Source: an uncultured Clostridia bacterium (GTDB lineage: Bacteria > Bacillota > Clostridia > Christensenellales > UBA1242). Taken from it: a stretch of DNA of 64,000 nucleotides. Below, piece by piece: positions 57,882 through 64,000 of this stretch. The stretch is taken from assembly GCA_934754475.1 (NCBI GenBank), contig CAKVHV010000001.1:420228-484227 (forward strand), read 5' to 3'. Below the pieces are notes generated by a model, which was not told where the DNA came from, did no database searches, and saw only the letters and a list, made by a program, of their open reading frames with translations. Made by a program: the position numbers and the translations under genes. Each line of letters starts with the position of its first letter. The first letter of the stretch is position 1.

Positions 57882-58802
57882 TTATTTGTTTAAACCTAAT
57901 TCATCTAACAAATTTTTCTTTTTCCCATTAAATTCTTGTTGTGCCTGTTGTAATTCTTTAGCTTGTTGTTTTAAAAAATAAGCGCGAGACAAAACATTTT
58001 CCATAATTTCCAAATAGTAATCTTTTGTTTGTTCCAATTGTTCTTCGTTTTCTGCTAAATCAATACATTGAGTAGTCATGTTCTTTGTTTTGTTAATTAT
58101 GTAATCAACAAACCCTGGCGCTTTTATATCTTTATCATCAAGGTCAACAGCATCAATTTTGTCATTAAAATATGCACCGGCATTACTAGTTGGAAATGGC
58201 TCATTGGTTAGATTTCCGAACATATCTCTATAAAACCATTCACCACTATCATTTTTTACAGGTGCAAAGCTAGCATAATCTCCACATATGTAAGAACCAG
58301 CACTCTCGTATTCTTCGCTCAAATTTCCCTTCATATCTCTGTATGCATATTTTCCATTATCCTTTTTAACTAAAGCTAATCCATTCACGTAACTTGATGC
58401 ATGCTCATATTCTTCACTCAAATTCCCATTCATGTCTCTAAATGCGTATTTGCCATTATTCTTTTCAACTAAAGCAAACCCATTCGAATATTTGTATGCA
58501 TACTTATATTCTTCACTTAAATTTCCTTTGGTATCTCTAAAAGCATATTTCTCACTATCCTTTTCAACTATAGCAATACCATTCGAATAACTTGATGCAC
58601 ACCAATATTCTTCACTCAAATTTCCTTCCATATCTCTGAATGCATAATTTCTATTTGGTAGTTGAACTAATCCATAACCATTAACATAATCCCATGCATT
58701 CCTAAAAGTTTCACTTCTTTCATTAGTATATACATTGCGATAATAATAACCTTTTTTTGCTGGTCCCTTTTCAAGGACCCATTTGTTTTCTGTATTATTC
58801 AT
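57882..58802 (-). CDS. WG-repeat (KWG-like) protein with about five 33-aa repeats
   Basis: Repeats of YAFRDxxGNLSEEYxxAxxYSNGxALVEKxxGK. The likely start is the ATG at 58802, with AAGGTGG 9 nt upstream; the track starts two codons earlier at a TTG (58808). Confidence 0.7.
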   Translation of the reverse strand: MNNTENKWVLEKGPAKKGYYYRNVYTNERSETFRNAWDYVNGYGLVQLPNRNYAFRDMEGNLSEEYWCASSYSNGIAIVEKDSEKYAFRDTKGNLSEEYKYAYKYSNGFALVEKNNGKYAFRDMNGNLSEEYEHASSYVNGLALVKKDNGKYAYRDMKGNLSEEYESAGSYICGDYASFAPVKNDSGEWFYRDMFGNLTNEPFPTSNAGAYFNDKIDAVDLDDKDIKAPGFVDYIINKTKNMTTQCIDLAENEEQLEQTKDYYLEIMENVLSRAYFLKQQAKELQQAQQEFNGKKKNLLDELGLNK

Positions 58803-58954
58803 AAACAATAATCCACCTTTATTTTTTATGTAAGTATTATATCATACAAATTTTTACATTTCAATACCCTTTTGAAAATTTGACTATTTATAAATTTTGA
58901 AGTATTTTTAAACTCTTTAAAACATATATTAATATTCCATTTTTCGCTTTACAG

Positions 58955-58983
58955 AAAAAATAGCCAAGCAAAAGCTTGACTAT
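58955..58983 (-). terminator. Terminator of ppdK
   Basis: 10-bp stem with one mismatch, atagccaagc/gcttgactat, then T6 on the minus strand. Confidence 0.65.
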
Positions 58984-58992
58984 TTATATTAA

Positions 58993-61632
58993 TTATTTAT
59001 TTCTGATTGCTGCTTGAGCGGCTGCAAGTCTAGCGATAGGTACTCTATATGGAGAGCAACTTACATAGTCAAGACCAATCTTGTGACAGAATTCAATAGA
59101 ACTTGGGTCACCACCATGTTCACCACAAATACCGCAGTGAAGTTGTGGACGAGTGCCTTTGCCTAGCTTAACTGCCATATCCATAAGTTTGCCAACACCA
59201 ACAGTGTCAAGTCTAGCAAATGGGTCAGATTCGTAAATCTTGTTTGCATAGTAAGATGGCAAGAATTTGCCAGCATCATCACGGCTGAAACCAAATGTCA
59301 TTTGAGTCAAGTCGTTTGTACCAAAGCAGAAGAATTCAGCTTCTTTTGCAATTTCGTCTGCAGTAAGAGCAGCACGTGGAATTTCAATCATTGTACCAAC
59401 ATGGTATTTAAGTTCAACACCGCTAGCTTTGATAATTGCATCAGCAGTTTCAACAACTGTCTTTTTAACAAATGCAAGTTCTTTAACTTCGCCAACAAGT
59501 GGAATCATGATTTCTGGAACTACGTTCCAATCTGGATGATTCTTTTGAACATTGATAGCAGCTTTGATTACTGCTTTTGTTTGCATAACAGCGATTTCTG
59601 GATAAGTAACAGTAAGTCTACATCCACGGTGTCCCATCATTGGGTTAACTTCATGAAGGTCTGTGATATATTGTTTGATTTGAGCAACAGTTTTGCCTTT
59701 TGCTTTTGCCAATGCTTCAATATCTTGAGCTTCGGTTGGAACGAACTCATGAAGTGGTGGGTCTAGGAATCTGATACAAACTGGCATACCTTTGAGTGCT
59801 TCCATCAAAGCTTCAAAGTCTGCTTGTTGCATAGGTTCGATTTTGTTTAGAGCAACTTCTCTTTCTTCCTTAGTATCTGAACAAATCATTTCTCTGAATG
59901 CACCGATTCTTTGTGGGTCAAAGAACATATGCTCAGTACGACATAGACCAATACCTTGAGCGCCTAGTTCTTCGGCACGTTTAGCATCGTTTGGTGTATC
60001 TGCGTTAGTTCTAACACCAAGTTTTTTGTACTTGTCAGCAAGTCTCATAATTCTTCCAAAGTAACCACTATTTGGGTCAGCTGGAACAGTCTTGATTTCA
60101 CAATTGTAAATTTTACCAGTTGTACCATCAAGAGAGATATAGTCTCCTTCGTGGAAAGTTTGACCACTTAGAGTAAATTGTTTGTTTTCTTCGTCCATCT
60201 TGATGTCTCCACAACCAGAAACACAACATGTACCCATACCACGAGCAACAACTGCTGCGTGAGATGTTTGACCGCCACGAACAGTAAGAATACCTTGAGC
60301 ATATTTCATACCTTCAATATCTTCTGGGCTAGTTTCAAGTCTAACAAGAACAACTTTTTCTTTGTTTTTGCCATGAACAACAGCATCTTCAGCTGTGAAC
60401 ACGATTTTACCAGTTGCAGCACCTGGAGATGCAGCAATACCCTTGCCTACAACATTTTCTTTGTCTGCATTTTTAAGAGCAACTGTGTCAAATTGTGGGT
60501 GAAGAAGCATATCAAGAGATTTAGCATCAATTTGCATCAAAGCTTCTTCTTCAGAAATCATTCCTTCATCAATCAAATCACAAGCGATTCTGATAGCAGC
60601 AGCAGCTGTTCTCTTACCATTTCTTGTTTGAAGCATGTATAGATGTCTATCTTCGATAGTAAATTCCATATCTTGCATATCTCTATAATGACTTTCTAGT
60701 TTGTTACAGATTTCCAAGAATTGGTCATAAACATCAGGCATTATTTCAGCCATTTTTGAAATAGGCATAGGAGTTCTAACACCAGCAACAACGTCTTCAC
60801 CTTGTGCATTCATCAAAAATTCGCCCATAAGACCTTTTTCACCAGTAGCAGGATTACGAGTAAACGCAACACCAGTACCAGAAGTTTCACCCATGTTACC
60901 AAAAGCCATCATTTGAACGTTTACAGCAGTTCCCCAAGAATAAGGAATGTCGTGGTCCATACGATAGATATTAGCACGTGGATTATCCCAAGAACGGAAT
61001 ACAGCCTTGATAGCTTCAAATAATTGTTCCTTAGGGTCATTAGGGAAATCTTTTCCTAATTGATTTTTGTATTCTTGCTTAAATTCATAAGCTAGTTCTT
61101 TTAAATCGTCAGCAGTTAAATCTACGTCGTAAACTACACCCTTTCTTTCTTTCATTTGGTCGATAAGTTTTTCGAAGTATTTTTTGCCAACTTCCATAAC
61201 AACGTCACTGAACATTTGAATAAATCTTCTGTAACAGTCCCAAGCCCATCTTGGATTACCGGATTTAGCTGAAATAACTTCAACAACATCTTCGTTAAGA
61301 CCCAAGTTAAGGATTGTATCCATCATTCCTGGCATAGATGCTCTAGCACCAGACCTTACTGATACAAGAAGTGGATTTTCCTTGTCACCGAACTTTTTGC
61401 CAGTGATTTTTTCCATCTTTTCGATATTTTCCATTATTTCTCTTTGAATATCTGCATTAATTTGTCTACCATCTTCGTAGTATTGAGTGCAGGCTTCAGT
61501 AGAAATAGTGAAACCTTGTGGAACAGGCAAGCCTAAGTTAGTCATTTCTGCCAAGTTAGCACCTTTTCCGCCAAGTAGTTCTCTCATTTTAGCGTTACCT
61601 TCGCTAAATAAATAAACATATTTCTTTTGCAT
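58993..61632 (-). CDS. ppdK: Pyruvate, phosphate dikinase
   Basis: GGKGANLAEM, the phospho-His loop GGQTSHAAVVARG and the PEP-utilizing C-terminal domain (GLCRTEHMF, FFCFGTNDLTQ). The start is set at the ATG at 61632 (MQKKYVYLF), which has AAGGAGA upstream; the track ORF carries 16 extra codons. Confidence 0.95.
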   Translation of the reverse strand: MQKKYVYLFSEGNAKMRELLGGKGANLAEMTNLGLPVPQGFTISTEACTQYYEDGRQINADIQREIMENIEKMEKITGKKFGDKENPLLVSVRSGARASMPGMMDTILNLGLNEDVVEVISAKSGNPRWAWDCYRRFIQMFSDVVMEVGKKYFEKLIDQMKERKGVVYDVDLTADDLKELAYEFKQEYKNQLGKDFPNDPKEQLFEAIKAVFRSWDNPRANIYRMDHDIPYSWGTAVNVQMMAFGNMGETSGTGVAFTRNPATGEKGLMGEFLMNAQGEDVVAGVRTPMPISKMAEIMPDVYDQFLEICNKLESHYRDMQDMEFTIEDRHLYMLQTRNGKRTAAAAIRIACDLIDEGMISEEEALMQIDAKSLDMLLHPQFDTVALKNADKENVVGKGIAASPGAATGKIVFTAEDAVVHGKNKEKVVLVRLETSPEDIEGMKYAQGILTVRGGQTSHAAVVARGMGTCCVSGCGDIKMDEENKQFTLSGQTFHEGDYISLDGTTGKIYNCEIKTVPADPNSGYFGRIMRLADKYKKLGVRTNADTPNDAKRAEELGAQGIGLCRTEHMFFDPQRIGAFREMICSDTKEEREVALNKIEPMQQADFEALMEALKGMPVCIRFLDPPLHEFVPTEAQDIEALAKAKGKTVAQIKQYITDLHEVNPMMGHRGCRLTVTYPEIAVMQTKAVIKAAINVQKNHPDWNVVPEIMIPLVGEVKELAFVKKTVVETADAIIKASGVELKYHVGTMIEIPRAALTADEIAKEAEFFCFGTNDLTQMTFGFSRDDAGKFLPSYYANKIYESDPFARLDTVGVGKLMDMAVKLGKGTRPQLHCGICGEHGGDPSSIEFCHKIGLDYVSCSPYRVPIARLAAAQAAIRNK

Positions 61633-61843
61633 ATTTTCTCCTTTATGTAAAACTACTCCACTAGTATATATTTTTTGCACAAATCTTGCAAGTAAATCTG
61701 TAAAAAAGTTTAAAAAATTTGTAAGAATTATCTAAAAATAAAGCCATTTTGCATAAATATACAAAATGACTTATAATTATTTATTGAGTGTAATTTATTA
61801 GTTAATAATATAACTTAAATGTCTTGTAAATAGAATTAAAACA

Positions 61844-62563
61844 TTAATCTTTCAATGACTTAAACTTGTAATTTAGCCTATTTGACAAATCCATAGTACA
61901 CAATTCAAAAATTCTATCTTGGCAATCCACCGATACTTTGACAGAATTTAATTTTTCCAAACTTGTATTTTGAATAATCTTGAGAGTTACAAAATCTTGT
62001 TTTGAGACAATCACCCCACCCGAACAGTTTGAACATCTAAATGTTCCTGTGTAGACATCAAACTTAATATCTCCCATAAATTTTAGTCCACAGTTATCGC
62101 ATGTATCAAAGTTAAGCTCATATCCAATAATTTTAAGAACTATTAGCATAAACTTTATAACACTAAGTTTGGTATTAACATTCTCGGAATAAACAATATT
62201 TTGAAGAGTTTTGAGAAGTGTCAAAAACAAACTCTCCGAAATAATATTTGGTTTCATAATAACTTTGCAAATTTCAAGCATAAGACTACATAGTTTGTAA
62301 GAGTCATAGTCGCTGGTCAAATCAAAAAATGTGTCAATAAGGTCAGCCCCCTTGACAACATAAAAATCTTTTGCTTTGACTAAATCGAATTTTCCAAAAC
62401 AAAAAGGTTGAGATGCAAATTTAAGTTTTGAATTCGGTGCAGAAACTCCTTTGAGTATTCCCGTAATAACCCCTAATTCAACACTAAATATGTGAACCAA
62501 TTTGTCTTTGTCTTTGTATGGCATCGAACTTAAAACAATACCAGTAACCGATAGTTCTTCCAA
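61844..62563 (-). CDS. recO: DNA repair protein RecO
   Basis: OB-fold N-terminus (GIVLSSMPYKDKDKLVHIFS) and a zinc finger CDNCG..CSNC. TTG start abutting the yqzL stop. Confidence 0.85.
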   Translation of the reverse strand: MEELSVTGIVLSSMPYKDKDKLVHIFSVELGVITGILKGVSAPNSKLKFASQPFCFGKFDLVKAKDFYVVKGADLIDTFFDLTSDYDSYKLCSLMLEICKVIMKPNIISESLFLTLLKTLQNIVYSENVNTKLSVIKFMLIVLKIIGYELNFDTCDNCGLKFMGDIKFDVYTGTFRCSNCSGGVIVSKQDFVTLKIIQNTSLEKLNSVKVSVDCQDRIFELCTMDLSNRLNYKFKSLKD

Positions 62564-62650
62564 TTATTTTTTCCTTTTTAACGCACTATACAACAAGTAA
62601 TAGTTTATCTGTCCAGTTTTTTCAAATAGTTTCCAACATAAATCTTCCAT
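62564..62650 (-). CDS. yqzL: YqzL-family micro-protein (28 aa), absent from the ORF track
   Basis: MEDLCWKLFEKTGQINYYLLYSALKRKK. AAGGGG Shine-Dalgarno upstream. It sits in the conserved era-yqzL-recO position, and the W-x-x-F-x-x-TG-x-I-x-x-Y-L-L pattern matches Bacillus YqzL as I recall it. Confidence 0.6.
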   Translation of the reverse strand: MEDLCWKLFEKTGQINYYLLYSALKRKK

Positions 62651-62801
62651 GACAACCCCTTATAAAGTGTTTTTTATATTTTATGTGAGTAATCTAAGTT
62701 TATGCTAGTTTTTAAATAAACAAATATTTTTAAATTGAATAATTATTTAATATTCTAAATATTTATTCTTAAGTAATCATTTAAAATTAAAACATTATAT
62801 T

Positions 62802-63686
62802 TTACAAATCATCTTGGCTATATCCAAGCGATTTGACAGTACTAGTTGAGTTTCGCCAGTCTTCCCTAACCTTAACAAATAGTTTGAGCATGACTTTTCT
62901 ATCTAGCAATTTTTCTATATCTAGTCTGGATTTTGTGCCAATACTTTTGAGCATTGCCCCATTCTTTCCAATTACAATAGATTTGTGGCTGGCTTTTTCC
63001 AAAATTATATCTGCATCAATCTCCACTACTGGGTTTGACTCATCAAATCTGGCTATTTCAATAGCAATTCCGTGTGGAAGTTCATCTTGCAAAAGCCACA
63101 ACGTTTTTTCTCTTATAATTTCGCCTACCAAAAATTTGATTGATTTGTCTGTATATACATCATCGTCAAAATACTTAACATCTTCGTGCAAGTACGATTT
63201 GATTACTTTGATAAGTTCTTCCAAATTCTTTGATTTCAAAGCAGAAACCGGCACAATGTCTTTGATATTATTAAGTGAATTACACTTAGTAAGTTCGGGA
63301 TAAAGTTTGACATATGTTGTATCGTCAATTTTGTTTACGACCAAAACAACATTAGCATTCCCCGTATATTTATTCAGATTATCCAAAGTTTTTTCGGTTA
63401 TCTTTTTTGACCCGTCTATTACATACAAAATTACATCAACATCTGTTTTTGCTGTTGTAATTGCTTTTGACATATAGTCATCTAGTTTATTTTTTGATTT
63501 ATGAATTCCGGGAGTATCAATAAAAACGATTTGACTTTCTTCGTCGTTGTAAATTCCAAGTATTTTATTTCGTGTTGTTTGTGGTTTTGGTGATACAATA
63601 GAAACTTTTTCTTTCAAAATCGAATTTAAAAGTGTACTCTTCCCCACATTAGGCTCACCCAAAATTGCAACAAATCCTGACTTCAT
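62802..63686 (-). CDS. era: GTPase Era
   Basis: G1 GEPNVGKST, G3 DTPG, G4 NKID, and a C-terminal KH domain (VIGKNGAMLKSIG). Confidence 0.95.
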   Translation of the reverse strand: MKSGFVAILGEPNVGKSTLLNSILKEKVSIVSPKPQTTRNKILGIYNDEESQIVFIDTPGIHKSKNKLDDYMSKAITTAKTDVDVILYVIDGSKKITEKTLDNLNKYTGNANVVLVVNKIDDTTYVKLYPELTKCNSLNNIKDIVPVSALKSKNLEELIKVIKSYLHEDVKYFDDDVYTDKSIKFLVGEIIREKTLWLLQDELPHGIAIEIARFDESNPVVEIDADIILEKASHKSIVIGKNGAMLKSIGTKSRLDIEKLLDRKVMLKLFVKVREDWRNSTSTVKSLGYSQDDL

Positions 63687-64000
63687 TATTTTCTCTCCAA
63701 GTTAACTTTTTTCATAATTTTTTCTTCCATTTCACGCATTACAGGCTTGTCGTCATCTTTCATATGGTCATATCCCAACAAGTGTAGCAATCCGTGTACT
63801 GCCATGTAAGTCATTTCTCTAAGTTTAGTATTTCCATATTCTTTGGCATGTTTATAAACAATTGGCTTACAAATACAAATATCCCCTACAAAAATTGCAT
63901 TAGTGTCTGGATTAATTTCGCTTTTGAAATTTTCCCTTGTTAGTTTGTCTATAATTAACTGCATATCTGTCTTTCCTTGTTCTAACAAATTTGGAAAAGA
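63686..64000 (-). CDS. ybeY: rRNA maturation endoribonuclease YbeY (N-terminus outside window)
   Basis: HGLLHLLGYDH zinc-binding motif. The frame is still open at the window edge. Its stop overlaps the era start. Confidence 0.9.
   Translation of the reverse strand, partial: SFPNLLEQGKTDMQLIIDKLTRENFKSEINPDTNAIFVGDICICKPIVYKHAKEYGNTKLREMTYMAVHGLLHLLGYDHMKDDDKPVMREMEEKIMKKVNLERK

Noticed and set aside
61633-61680. 16-codon N-terminal extension of ppdK (MQKIYTSGVVLHKGEN), and similarly the 16-codon extension of thiI (36323..36370).
   Set aside because: Strong Shine-Dalgarno sequences precede the internal ATGs (61632 and 36322). The shorter products begin like canonical PpdK and ThiI N-termini.

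Overview
AT-rich chromosomal segment, about one-third G+C by hand count of a few lines, from an endospore-forming Firmicute. The gene order is Clostridia/Bacillus-like. One uninterrupted minus-strand ORF (4532..31489, 26,958 nt, 8,985 codons) takes up 42% of the window. It encodes an N-terminally anchored giant surface protein rich in S/T/N/Y/G. Two Cys6His2 knuckle motifs sit just after the anchor. Seven GLUG-motif beta-helix modules follow: one solitary, then three tandem pairs that give the C-terminal half a roughly 1,420-1,540-aa super-repeat. I saw no sortase signal, no C-terminal anchor and no catalytic motif. This gene is the main candidate for something undescribed. To its left are a TVP38/DedA membrane protein and a convergent ABC-2 exporter pair, followed by a 56-bp fragment copy of the permease gene. 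To its right the genes are housekeeping and sporulation: rnhA, tRNA-Trp, rny, thiI plus cysteine desulfurase, yunB, spoVAC-AD-AE, an oppositely oriented Asn-rich Cys-repeat lipoprotein, spoIIAA-spoIIAB-sigF, a six-tRNA operon (Pro-CAT-Asp-Phe-Thr-Tyr), plsC-cmk-rluB, dacB-ytfJ-ytfI-scpB-scpA, an M50 protease, a COG1579 zinc-ribbon protein, trmK-sigA-dnaG, a WG-repeat protein, ppdK and recO-yqzL-era-ybeY. Several non-coding features are worth a second look. Both terminal tRNAs (Trp and Tyr) are followed by an exact 11-nt antisense copy of their own T-stem/acceptor strand, then a TGCATGC-type hairpin and a G+C-enriched structured stretch. The tRNA-Trp 3' end is also repeated directly 176 bp downstream. 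A tandem, cloverleaf-like element of about 86 nt lies between thiI and rny. The 560-bp region upstream of the giant gene holds 18- and 22-bp alternating purine-pyrimidine tracts, three helically phased CTTAAG hexamers and a 76-nt hairpin. All family assignments rest on motifs read by eye; no database search was possible.
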